Shown here: piece by piece, positions 23,021-35,193 of the stretch
Layout: each line of letters starts with the position of its first letter
How positions within the stretch are numbered: position 1 is the stretch's first letter
From: Eledone cirrhosa
Taxonomy: Eukaryota
Reading direction: 5' to 3'
Length of the DNA stretch: 64,000 nucleotides
NCBI GenBank assembly: GCA_964016885.1
Contig: OZ024741.1
Span: 168,516,001-168,580,000 of the forward strand
The notes under the pieces: generated by a model
What the model was told of the DNA's origin: nothing
The model's input: the letters and a program-made list of their open reading frames with translations, nothing else
Databases searched by the model: none
Translations under genes and position numbers: made by a program

Positions 23021-23552
23021 ATATATATATATAATTAGGATACATAACAAAGAGAAGAGAACAAGAAACAAGACAAACAAAAACAAGGCAGAAAAAAAAC
23101 ATTTTAATGGGGAAATCTTTAAAAGATTTTTTTGAAAATAAAAAAAAACAATGACAAAAAAAAAGACGAAAGACAGAACTCCAAGGTCTTCAGCCATTGA
23201 GATGGACTTAGGCAGTTTCAACCCCTACCTACATTACTGCTGTTCCACATCACTGTCACAGCATCTGGCAAACAAGTAAAAAAACTGTCCATGAGGTAAT
23301 AGACAAGACAAAACAGTAACTTACCATAATGGGTACTCATGGGATTTGATGTAATAACTAGGAAAATGTATTGTACTATTTACAGCAGTGATATCTCGTG
23401 AGATGGGAAAAAAGGAAGTGAACAAAAGAAAAAGAAAAGAAAAATAGGCAAGCAGAAGAAAGTAAGAAATCATGTTAAAAAATGTAATCCATTGAAATCA
23501 TTGAGAAGAATGAACACATTCGTCATATATATATACATATATATATATATAT

Positions 23553-23700
23553 ATTAAAATAACATTAAAGTTTAAGCAAAGAATCGCTGCTTTCACCCTT
23601 AACGGGATCTTCTGAAACTACGGTTCTTATATATCTGATATATATTTATCCTTATCGAGCCCTCTTTGGATTTTAGTCTTCAAATTTATTATTATTACTA
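23553..23700 (-). mobile_element. Short (TA)n-inserted repeat carrying a hammerhead-like motif (copies at 34830-34912 + and 54855-54980 -)
   Basis: Three dispersed copies share gatcccgttaagggtgaaagcagcgattctttgcttaaactttaa; each is next to a TA-rich tract. Confidence 0.75.
23569..23619 (-). ncRNA. Type I hammerhead-like motif, core variant CAGAAGA
   Basis: AGTTT-CAGAAGA-T-CCC/GTTAA/GGG-T-GAA-AGCA/GCGATTCTT/TGCT-T-AAACT: all three stems form; U4 is replaced by A. Confidence 0.65.
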
Positions 23701-23713
23701 TATATATATATAT

Positions 23714-24503
23714 ATACAGCAGTACAGACTCCACTACAGCAATGAAGAGGCGGATTTTCAGGTCCGACTTCCACACCAATCTCAAGCTGTGGCACACCGC
23801 CCAGGTTTTGCTCTTCCTCTCAACCACATCATCTTCTGTATTCCCAATCTTTGCTTCCAAATACAGGAAGTCCTCAACCAATTCTAGCGGCTTCCCGCCT
23901 ACATTAGTGATCCCCTCTGGCTTCTCAACATTCTCTACCAGATATTTTGTTTTAGTCTCATTCATTCTCAACCCCACACTCATCAACACAGTCTCAACCT
24001 CCTGCATCAAATCTTCTGCCTCCTTCACTGTATTTGTCACTAAAACTATGTCGTCGGCAAATTCAGCATCTGATATCTTTTTCGCCTTAATTCTGCTGTA
24101 TGGGGCTGAGACTTGGACACTGACCAAGAAACTCACTCAGATGGTGGATGGGTGCTACACGAGAATGCTGAGGATGGCTCTGAACATTAATCAGTATACA
24201 CTGAGGATGGAAAACTCAGAGCTGTATGGGAGCCTCCCAAAAGTCAATCTCAAAAGTGACAAAGAGGAGACTGAGGTTAGCTGGACATGCTCACCGACAT
24301 CCAGAGTTGACATTGCACTCAGTGCTCCTGTGGGAGCAAGTACATGGACACACTGGAAGAGGAAGACCAAGGTTAACGTATGTTGATGCCCTAAGGACAG
24401 ACACTGGTCTGTTGGAGACATGGCAGTGATAATGAGGGACAGAGACCGCTGGAGAGAACTCGTCCATGGATCTCAGGAATTTTACCCGCCCTAGATAGAT
24501 AGA
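23714..24503 (+). mobile_element. RTE-like LINE with 5' inversion, (TAGA)n tail
   Basis: 23714-24090 antisense encodes ISDAEFADD..FLYL..ESVLLY; 24091-24495 sense encodes LLYGAETWTL..RLAGH..GRP. Confidence 0.88.
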
Positions 24504-24711
24504 TATATGTATATATACTGTTTGTGTATATAATGTATCTTTCTTTATTTATTCTTTCTTCGCACTTATAATTTGATAAATAGCTCTGATTAAATGATTA
24601 TTTTAATTTCTTTGGTCATTGAGCAAAGCTCAAGACATCTAGGTGGGACATTACACATATATACTTATGTATCTGTGTGTGTATCTTATTATTATGTTAT
24701 ATGTATATACC

Positions 24712-24830
24712 ATCGAAACGGCTTGAGCTCTGCCGTCGGGGTCATACTTTTTCCTATTTCCCACTCTACTACCCTAAGTATTGAGTACTCTGGTGCGTTA
24801 TGGTCCATCTGGTTCCTTACCACAATTCCT
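24712..24830 (+). mobile_element. Second copy of the 19645-19802 Penelope-like end
   Basis: Reverse-complement match to 19648-19752; GAAA-CGGC/TTGAGCTCT/GCCG-TC half-hammerhead. Confidence 0.6.
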
Positions 24831-25099
24831 TTGTTATATATATATACTGTGTATATGATGTATACAGTGTATATATATAGTGTATAGATGAGTTTCAATG
24901 ACACTTATTCCAAGCTGTATCAGCCTTCTTTGACTTTTCTTGGACAGTATCAGTAGCATGCTGAGGGAAAACTGGTATATACATGGGCAATTATTGGTCT
25001 TCCAGAAATCAAAACACATTCACAGACTTGTGCCTTGGAGAAGAACATTTCAGGTACAAACCTATATTCAGTTATGACTGAAGGTGTTCTATTTCGTGT

Positions 25100-25212
25100 C
25101 CAGTCATTTAAGCGAAATCAAGTTGAACAAAATCATTTTGAGCAAAGTCATTTTGAGTGAAGTTAAAATTATGTGCATTTTGAGCAATGTCTATTAAGCG
25201 ATGTAAGTTGAT
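25100..25212. repeat. Degenerate ~15-bp tandem repeats (possible DNA transposon subterminal repeats)
   Basis: Unit approximately gtcattttgagcaaa, repeated several times. Confidence 0.45.
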
Positions 25213-26454
25213 AAAAATAAAATATACTAGAAATCTACAATTTTTTTTGTACAAATAATTACACCTTCACAACAGGTAAATAAAAAAAATTATTAAAATC
25301 GACACATTTTAAAGAACTAAAAATTCTATTTATACTATGAGTCTCTGTGAAAGGGGTGGAGAGGGGTTGCTTCATATATATTAATAGAAATTCAATGTCC
25401 ATATTATAATAGGATTGATTGACATGGATATATACAGGTTGAGAAATAGTTCAATACAGTGTAGTCTGCACTGAAAATCAGAATTCTAAATATATGTATT
25501 CAATGGTTGAATATTTATGTATCTTCTATGGAAAAGACATGCTTATACAATAATTGAGAATATTGCAGCAAAATAGCAAAGTCATTAGATTGTTCGAAAG
25601 AATGGTAGTGCCCCAGCATGGCCTCAGTCTGTCAGCTGGAACATGTGATAGAGTGATTGAGTAATGCTTCTTCATATTTGTTTAGGCCTTCTGCACTCTG
25701 TGTTCAAATTCCACCCAAGTCAACCACACCTTTCATCATTTTGAAGTCAATAAATTAAGTACCAGTTCAATTCTAAGGTTGATTTTCCTCCTCTCTTTCG
25801 CTGGAAGAAATCGACTGTGTTCAGATCTGGAGAGGAATGGGCTCCACGATGCTAGAATGCCTAGGATAGCACCCCCGCAGCTCCATCAGGAGTTAAGGTT
25901 CAAGGATGAATGTAATTGAAAATAAGGATTGTTATTTTTATTTAGACCATTGATTTTCAAAGTAAGCTATAACACTTGATTGGGACTTTACAGTTACAGA
26001 AAATATTTCATTAGTGTGTGGAACGTAAGTGGGGTGAAAATTGAAAATTCCCAAACTGTTGTACGTATATTACACAGTATAAATGTTATTTGGAGTTGGG
26101 AGAGTTGCGGATTGTACAAATTAAAATGTGAATAATCACTCAGGAACCACAGATTTAGACATTTTACCATAGCAACTTAATGTATATCAGCAGACTTTAA
26201 TGTTCCCTATAGATTATTTATCTAACTATAAGCTGTCTTTCACACTCACACTTCCCATTCATTCCCATGGGCCCCTTCTCTTTCTACCTCTCTATACCCC
26301 TCTCTCTTTCTCTCTTTGTTTTATTTACATACTTTTCCTTCTCATTCGTGTTTTGCTCAATTTGCTCTCTAGGTTTGACCATTTCATTCTGTGTGTATAT
26401 ATATATATATATGTGTATATATAATAGCTATCTATCTCTATCTCTATATATATA

Positions 26455-26586
<132 letters not shown>

Positions 26587-27729
26587 GAGAGGTAGAGAAA
26601 GAAATATGTGTGTACATTCACATGTATATACATATGCCTGCTCTCATCCATACATCCATACATACATATTTATATATATAAGTATATATATTTATTTATT
26701 TATTTTTTACATTCATCTATATAAAGATGCATAATATTGTGGACTATATTAAATTTTTGCATATGTGAATGTATATATAGGTGGTGTTGGTGATGTGTCT
26801 ATTCATGTGGGAGTGGGAGTGGGAGTTGTAAATAAATATAATTTGAATTGATATTTTATAAAGCTTTGGGAAATACAATTTTGAAATGTTTGCAAGGAAA
26901 TGAATATAATAAAATAATAATGTAATATTTTTTTTTCCTCCAGCATAAAACTATTTCTGTATAATATATGTAATATATTTTGTGTATCAAAATAATTGAT
27001 ATTGATTGGGAAGAGAAACCAACAAATTAACGGGATCTCTTCTGTTCAAGAACACTGACATCAGATTATCTTTGAATGATTTGATTTGTGGGAAATTGTG
27101 TCTCTTAAATTATTCAAATTATTGTAAAATCTGTAAAAATAATATATTGAGGCCATTGAGATTTATATCCTCATTCATCATTAACCCCTTTGTGACCATA
27201 TTTCAATAAATGAAATATTTACTAAAATTATTAATCACTTCATTACTAAGATAATAATTTAACATGGTTCATGTTTAAATTTAAAGAGGAACCTTTTGAA
27301 ATAGGTGGTTTTATTTTATAGAATCAGTCTTGGTTTTGGGTGTGCCAGTATCAAAAATTTTAAAGCTCAAAGAACACATGACAGTGGTTCCTTAATGTTT
27401 CATTACCAATGACTGCTTTTATTTAAATGAGTTTTCCCATAAAACATTCCACTACAATAGAAAAGAAAAGCTGAAAGCAGTAAATCATCGTTATAATTTT
27501 TTAAAATAAGAGAGAAAGTGATGTCCAAACAAGTGTCATCCACCTCCAAGTAACTTACCCTCCACCTCTGGGTCTCAGCTGTCTCAGATTGTTATTCATT
27601 AACAGTAATCAAAACAGGGAGATGTTAATACTGAGAATATGTTTTTAACAGTGTATTTGAAATTGTTGTACAGTACGAATAACAATCAAAATAGAAAAAT
27701 GTTTATACTTATAGAATAATGGATATCAA

Positions 27730-28140
27730 ATAATTGTTTCTTCTTTTGGCACAAGGCAAGCAATTATCTCAGTGCATTACTGGTGCTTTATTTTACAGAC
27801 CCTGTAAGAATGAAAGGTAAAGTTAACCTCAGTGGGATTTGAACTCAGACCACAAAGGGCTGTAACTCCATGCTGCAAAATATGGCATCCAACCCTCTAC
27901 CGATACTGCCAATCCACCACCCTAATACCTAATAATGGATACCTAATAATTGTTTCTACTTTTGGCACAAGGCCAGCAATTATCTCAGTGTATTACTGGT
28001 ACTTTATTTTATCGACCTCGTAAGGATGAAAGGCAAAGTTAACCTCAGCGGGATTGTAATTCAGACCATAAAAGGCCATAACTCTTTGCTGCAAAGCATG
28101 GCGTCCGACCCACTACCGATACTGCTGATCCACCATCCTT
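27730..28140 (-). mobile_element. Two tandem Nin-domain SINEs
   Basis: tRNA-like head (ggattggcagtatcggtagag; B box gagttcaaatcc), gaggttaactttgcctttcatccttac..gataaaataaagtaccag domain, tail ccttgtgccaaaagtagaaacaatt. Confidence 0.82.
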
Positions 28141-28483
28141 AATTCATACCTAATAATGTATGTATATTATATTTATAAGAAGTACTTGAAAATTTGACCT
28201 TATCTCATAGACTAACAGGATGGGAACCACAAACCTAGATGATTCCTTCAGGACTCTATGCCTTAGTACCATTGCTTGAAGAAGAAGCCCCTGAAAAACA
28301 CCAGCAACAGCCGATCTAAGTATTTGACTGGTATTTTACTTCACTTACACCATATAAATGAATGGGAAATTACCTTGAATATTGGCAAGTATTCATAATT
28401 TTTAAGTACCCTAAAACTAAGCTTGTTTGGCAAAATATTTTACAGTTCCTATAAATTGATATGGTAATCTGTCATTTCATATC

Positions 28484-28698
28484 TTAATCCTTTAGCATTT
28501 ACATTATACTATATGTACTATTGTATTTTCATGATAAATACTTTTCTTCACATAATATTGAATCTATGAAATTTTGATATTATTTATTTTGAGAAAAATA
28601 CCTTAACATCAGTATGAGCAGGTGTTTACAGCCAGTTTGAACAGAAAGAGGTGAGAAATTTTGTCTGGATTTAGCCAGTTTAAATGGTAAAGGGTTAA
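28484..28698. mobile_element. TTAA-flanked piggyBac-like MITE, family A
   Basis: TTAA-(T)CCTTTAGCATTTA ... TAAATGGTAAAGGG-TTAA; other copies at 38804-39028 and 51410-51939. Confidence 0.75.
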
Positions 28699-29249
28699 TC
28701 TAATTCAGACAACAGCTGCATTATTGCTATAAAACCCCAGGCACATTTGTATGAGATGGAAAGGACCTTCATGGATTTTATTGATGAGTGTTCTAGTTGT
28801 TCAATCAAATTTATGTGCAAGTGACTCATCATTCCACACTGTTAATGTAGTTCTCAGATAGAATCAGTGAAGTACATTGTGTTAACCCTTCAAATTACAG
28901 ATACAGTCTATCTGACAGGTTTCCAAACAGTTTCCATCCACCTAATTTTACTCACAAAGCTTTAGTCAACCCAAGGCTTTGGTAAATAGCACTTGCCCGT
29001 GATGTGAAGTGAATTTCTTAACCATCTGATCATGCTGTGTGTAATATATGAAAGATATAAGGTAAGTGACTATCAGGAGCATTGGATCTGAGGTAAATTA
29101 GTGAATGATATAATAATGGATTTCATTTTCACTATCTTCAAAACTTTTATATAAGAAACAGTAAAACGATGAGAAGACTGGATATTTTTAAAAGGAATTC
29201 TAAAGGTGGCAGAATTCTAAAAATTGGCAGAATCCTAAGATCTTTGATT

Positions 29250-29760
29250 TCATCTAGTTCATTTTCTGACATCACTGATAACTAACTTATGTTGAGTGGG
29301 GTGCAAGAAGTCAATTTGGCTAGCATGTTGCCTAATTGGTTCGTAAGCGATCTAGTCACTGGAAAGTTTCCTGAAGTTATTATTACATGTAATTAGGCCA
29401 TTTTCATCACAGAATTCTAGGAGCCTTGATTCTTCTTCATTTCTCGAGCAATATCCATAGCCACCATGCACTCTGAAGTACCAATCCTGGTGTTGACCAA
29501 CATGTCCATATATAGTGTGGGTGTATGTGTGAACATGCTTCTTTTTATTATCTACTAACCTCCTCTTAGCTATGACCAGCTCTGTGTTCCCTGGTAATAG
29601 GGCTGATTTTATTTACTGATACTGGAGTTTCCTAGGTATATTCAAGGAATGACTCTACAGCTTAGGATCACAGATAAATTTACTGACTGCTATAACCACT
29701 TTAATGTGGATTTGGATGCAAATTTCCATCAGCCATACTATTCATGGTAGACGTAACTTC
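29250..29760 (-). mobile_element. Degenerate RTE AP-endonuclease fragment
   Basis: Minus translation GHVGQHQDWYFRVHGGYGYCSRNEEESRLLEFCD matches the RTE APE motif. Confidence 0.75.
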
Positions 29761-29917
29761 TGTTATTATTAGCTTTGAAATACCATAATGATGGCACAAC
29801 ACTACACGGGGCTGGGGGAATGCAATTAATGGGGTGTATCATCTGTCATCATGTCACCAGGTCACTAGTGGTTTATAAGTGGCAGTGTGGGTTTAATGAA
29901 TTGGTTTCAATAGTCAG

Positions 29918-30557
29918 TTAAACCTTTTGATACTAACCTGGAATGTTCCTCTCCAAGTCACAAGCCTGGCCTATGTGTTTCTGTGGAAGACCAGCAGTCA
30001 TCTATGCATACCAGTCTCCCCTCAGCATGCCACCAATGTTGTCCAAAGGAAAGGGAAAGACTAATACTGATTGACATGTATGTCATCACAACTCATATAC
30101 ACACAATATAATGTCATCACAACTCATATACACACAATATATGCATACATTACATACATTATATAGGAATTGTTCAAGAGAAAGGCAAAGTGATATTGTA
30201 ATTCATTTAATCCAACTGACTGGCATGAAGTAACATGAAATAAAGTGACTTGCTCAAGAACACAATGCACTGCCAGGAATCAAACACATAATCATGAATG
30301 TAACACCCTAACTACTAACCCATGCATCTTCACAGAAAGAGATTAGTTTCTAGCATTTTATATCACCAGCAATGCAAATGTCTAACGGTGTTTATATTTA
30401 TCTAAAAACCTTCCATCTTAATTTTATATAAGAACCTTTTTTAAGTTAAGTTCCAAACACAAGTTTAATAATAGAAAAATTAGTTATATTACTAAATCCT
30501 TTGATAAACTTTAATAAGTAGTGTTTTTCATTACAAATGTGGTGACAAAAGGGTTAA
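29918..30557. mobile_element. TTAA-flanked piggyBac-like MITE, family B, with a nested old SINE
   Basis: TTAA-ACCTTTTGATAC ... GTGACAAAAGGG-TTAA; related to 27181-27363 and 56141-56855. Confidence 0.55.
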
Positions 30558-31079
30558 TTTCAATTGATAATTTTTCTTGAAAAGATGTATGTCATATATA
30601 ATATATTTTCAGATAGATTATAAGAATACAAATGTATTCATAATATTTATCATACATTTCGACTTGAATCAATATCAATTTATTTTTGACTTGATACAAG
30701 AAAAAAATATGAAGTCAAATAAATCACACTGCATTCTTGTAAAATTACTGTGTAAATGGCTGAGCATTCTACAGACACATGTACAATTAACATAGTTTTG
30801 AGAGAGATTCAGTATGACTCACTGTCTGATAAAGCTTACCTTTTGAATTACAGGTACAACTTATTTGTGAAAATTTAGTCACCTAGAGCAATGTCAAATA
30901 AAATGTGTTGCTCAAGGACACAACAGACTGCCAGGAATCAAGTTTACAGCTTTATGAATTATGTGCCAGTCATCCCAACCATTAAGCCATGTGCCTTCAG
31001 TATTTCTACTTGTTTTATCAACATTTATAGTACAGAAATAAAGTGTTTTAGCAGGCAACTTACCTACTTCGTAATAAAA

Positions 31080-31390
31080 TGCCCCTCCTCCACACCTGCT
31101 ATCAGGAATGCCTAGTTTCTCCTTTCTTCAGAGAGATGCATCCTTTAGTTTTAGCAAATATTACTCTCAGCCCTTTTGATTCTAAATTCTGTTTCCATAA
31201 TCCAAACTTATTTTCTAGTTCTTGTATGGATTCAGCTGCCAGTACTGAGAGATCACACATAAAATTAATGTAGGTGATGACCTCTAAGATCTCTGACAAC
31301 ACATCTTAGACAAAGTGGAGTAGATGACACTGCTAGATGAAATATGGAATTCTCATATTTCAGCATACACATTGTTCATAGCTCAATTTG
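31080..31390 (-). mobile_element. Degenerate RTE RT fragment
   Basis: LAAESIQELENKFGLWKQNLESKGLRV..KTK, homologous to the copy-1 ORF. Confidence 0.75.
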
Positions 31391-31619
31391 TATCCTCAAA
31401 TATATAGACAGCCACTTGAAGTTATTGGATTGTATTGATTGCCAAATGACTGCAACACTCTTCTCTTCTCGAATTTGTGAATTATTGAGAATGGACTCTG
31501 AGAAACTATAACTTGGTGAACGAAAATTTTATCATCGATTGTTCCTAATATTTTCTTTGTATGTTGTACGATTTTTAAACACCCCAATGTCTCCACCTAA
31601 GAAATTTTGTCATCAATAC

Positions 31620-32906
31620 AGCATTGATTTTTCATTGTATGGGTTTATTGCTTCTCCTTGGTGTCTTATGTGCAACTAAGTATTAAGCAATGAAGCCTTT
31701 TTGCTTAAAATGTCATTTATATTCTAAGTATGCTGATCAGAAGGAAAAACCTTAGTCATATTTCCTATATCTTAAGACCTTACACAAAAATTGAGAAACG
31801 TTGATCTCAGAATTTCACAAAGTAACTAAACAGCGAGATAATGGGATGATTGCGTCATACAGTATTGTGTTACTGGTCGCAAAGGTTGGTAAAACCCATA
31901 TTTCAGGAGAAACATTACTTTGACTTGTTATTGAAGAAGTTCTCTCAACTGTAATGCATAAATAAAACTGCCACAATTATGAAAACAATTCCACTTAGTA
32001 TTAATACAAATGGCCACCGATGTTAATATCAACTCATCCATAAATCTCTGGAGTTCTGAATTTTAAATAAAATTTAACAAATCAACACTTGTGGAATGTG
32101 AATGCTTGATGATGGCCTATGTTCATTTTTTAACAAAATATATTCAACCATGTGAGGAGATGCTGTTCACTGACTCGAAAGGTATTTTAGATTTATTGAA
32201 TGTAATATCCCATTGAATAATAATGTTTCATGTATATCTGATGGAGCGCCTGCTATGGTAGGTTTCTCTTCTCTTTTAAAACTTGAATTTTCACATCCTG
32301 TTTTAATAGTTCACCGTGAGACTCATCGGCAGTATTTCGTGATATACTGCAGTTAGTTATTAAAACTGTGAGCAAGCTAAAATTGAATTCTTTGTCTGAA
32401 TAAATTTTCTCTCAACTTTGCCTTGATAATGATGATGACTATATGAAAATTCTGGATGATACTGAAGAATGATGGTTATCAAAAGGGAACTGTGCTGTCC
32501 ATTTTGTCAAACTCGTTGATACAATAATAATTTGTTTTCAAAACACTACACTATCCACTTCTCTGATTGCATGAAAATGTGATATTTTTTCCTTAGCAAT
32601 ATATTTGCTAACCCTAACCATAAAACTAACATTGACCATAAATAATAAAATACAGTTTTAAATGGTCAAGTTTGCTTTCATTTTTTCTTTAATATGATAT
32701 TAGCAGCAGCAGCTGTTGCATGAATTAGAGTTATTTGTTACCTCCCTTTGGTATTTTTACTCATCATAAAAAGTCAGTTTATGAACCAATAACAAATTAT
32801 AATAAACATTTTTGGTGTGCTTTTGAATATTTACTATACAGGTGGGCGGTGGAAAATGTTTCCTTGTGAAAGTGGGTGATGACGCAAAAAAAGTTGGAAA
32901 TCCCTG
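31620..32906 (+). mobile_element. Degenerate hAT (Buster/Charlie-like) transposon
   Basis: KPHISGETL, IPLSINT, SDGAPAMVG, TEE*WLSKGNC remnants; 3' end aagttggaaatccctg; left boundary uncertain. Confidence 0.78.
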
Positions 32907-32919
32907 CTCTTTAACAATG

Positions 32920-33476
32920 TGAAGTGCAAATGATCATGGAGGAAGAAAGACTTTCAATTTATTGGGATTGGAAGGAAATTGTTTTTCATGAGCTTCTTCC
33001 CATGGACAGGACCATCAATTCAAATGTGTACAGGGACCAGCTGGTGAAATTAAATGCAGTAATCCACCAGAAACATCCAATACTTGCTAATCATAAGGGC
33101 ATTGTTCATGACAATATCAGACTGCACACTTCTTTGCAGACACAGAAAAAGTTATAGGGGCTTGGCTGGGAAGTTTTGCCACACACTCTCTATTCACTCA
33201 ACCTTGCACTTTCAGATTTCCATCTGTTTCAGTTTCTTCAAAATTCATTGAATGGAAAGAACTTCAACTCTGAAGAGGACGCAAAAATTCACCTGAAAGA
33301 GTCTTTCGCCAGAAACGATAGGAAATTTTTTGAGCAGAGAATAATGGATCTACCTAGAAAATGGTAGAAGATACTGGAATGAAATGGTAATTATATCAGT
33401 GTTTAAATAAATTACTTTGTGTTGAGTCTTATTTTTTGCTTAAAAAAAACAAATAAATTTTTTAGCCAACGTAATA
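32920..33476 (+). mobile_element. Mariner transposon, 3' half
   Basis: WDWKEIVFHELLP..TINS, HDN, LGWEVLPHTLYSLNLALSDFHLF; TIR-like end ttttagccaacgtaata. Confidence 0.87.
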
Positions 33477-33832
33477 TGTACAGACTTTTCTATAATATAC
33501 ATGGTCGCTATGGTCTTTATCTTTCAATTTCTGAAATATCACACTTAGGCGAGTAAAAGAAAAATATACACTAAAATCTATAATCTTTTCCTTTAACTTC
33601 TAACATCTTTTTGAAAGACTTCAAATAAAGCTTATGCTTTTTCAAACTTTAACTATTAACGAATGCTAAAATGTTCATAGTCTGAAAAAACAAAACATCT
33701 TATATTTACTGAAAATGTCTAAGAGTGAAAATCTTTAATAAAACACCATATTTTACTTCTTTATACGCATTGTTTGGGTTTTTAATCATTTAAAATCACG
33801 CACGCACACACGCACACATATATATATATATG

Positions 33833-34530
33833 CAGTGGCGAACTGGGTCTAAAAATATTAGTTTCATTATACCTTTGTAGCTGTCTCAGTGGCCTAGTTG
33901 GGGGAATCATAGATGGTGGTGATCCTAGTCTGATGTTCCATCCTGGTTGAGAGTAGGGTTCCCAGTAAACCTTTTCAGTTTTTTTTCTATTGATTGTAAA
34001 ATAAAAACTGAAAAAGGTTACGTGTACCAGTAGACCAGGATTGAACTTAGGTCAGGATCTGCACCTTCTCTAGTACCTACCACTAGGCCACAGAGACAAC
34101 TACAAAAGTCTTATGAAAATTCCTACTTATAAACCTACTTTCATAATTTTCAAAACAAAGTGTTGTGGTCAGTAGTTTGTGTGTAAGTATATATATATAT
34201 ATATATGATTACGTGTCTGTGTCTATATATGTATGCTTGCATGCATGAATGAATACACAAAACTTTAGATTTAGTAGAATGTACAACTACTGATTCCAGC
34301 TACTTGCACTATTGTATATTTTGGTTTCTAGTAATTCCCTGGGGAATTTGCTTAATTGTTTTATTTATTTATTTATTTTAATTTTATTCTTATTCTTAGA
34401 CTTCAGGTATTTTTGAAAGCAAAGCATTGGCCCCTAAAATACTACAGTGGGCCCTGCAATGCTACTGTGGGCTCTTGCAATGCCCCCTGGGGGCCACTTG
34501 TCAATGGGCAACCTGGCCAGTCCGCCACTG
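33833..34530. mobile_element. Non-autonomous hAT-like MITE (698 bp) in (TA)n
   Basis: TIRs CAGTGGCGAACTGG / CCAGTCCGCCACTG (13/14); flanks tatatatg / tatatata; internal inverted tRNA-like cassettes. Confidence 0.8.
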
Positions 34531-34836
34531 TATATATATAAAGATATATATATATATATACGCTCCACATATGACGTATTATCTTCGTTTTTTCATTCAT
34601 TGCCAGAGAACGTCTCTATGCACCACCTAAGAGAACATTAGTCTACGACCTCTTTTATACCATAAACGTGGTTCTGTCTTTGCGCGTAATTGTTTTTCCT
34701 ATTAATGACGTATATTCGTTTTTTCCCGTTCTTTGCCAGCGAACGTTTCCACGAACCAAAGTATCGCCTTCCTGTCTTCCTCCGGTTGCAACGTTTTTTG
34801 AAATATCCAGTTCTGCGTTTACAGATTGACTTTGTT

Positions 34837-34891
34837 AGTTTCAGAAGATCCCGTTAAGGGTGGGTGAAAGCAGCAATTCTTTGCTTAAACT
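34837..34891 (+). ncRNA. Hammerhead-like motif, CAGAAGA variant, second copy
   Basis: AGTTT-CAGAAGA-TCCCGTTAAGGGTGGGT-GAA-AGCA..TGCT-T-AAACT (4-nt duplication in stem II). Confidence 0.55.
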
Positions 34892-35157
34892 TTAATCTGT
34901 TATTTTAATAAATATATATGTATGTATGTATTTCTTTTGCAAGGTTTTGTTATGTAATCGTGTGTTGCAGCAGATATTGTTATATTTGGGGAGAGTCAAT
35001 ATTAGGCAATTTTCTGGCAATATAAGGACAACATGATTCTCCCAAAATATAACTATATATATATATGTATGTAAAAGGTAAACAGAAATAACAACACAAT
35101 CGGTACAGTATATGGAAGGGATATATTAGGTTAACGTTTGATATAGCAGGAAGAGGG

Positions 35158-35193
35158 TCTTAATGTTTCGCACGCTAGTCCTTCATCAGAAGA
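35158..35193 (-). ncRNA. Degenerate minimal hammerhead ribozyme
   Basis: TCTT-CTGATGA-AGGACTAGCGTGC-GAAA-CA-TT-AAGA; likely decayed from GAAACGTT; its tail resembles 5770-5808 and 35845-35900. Confidence 0.6.
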
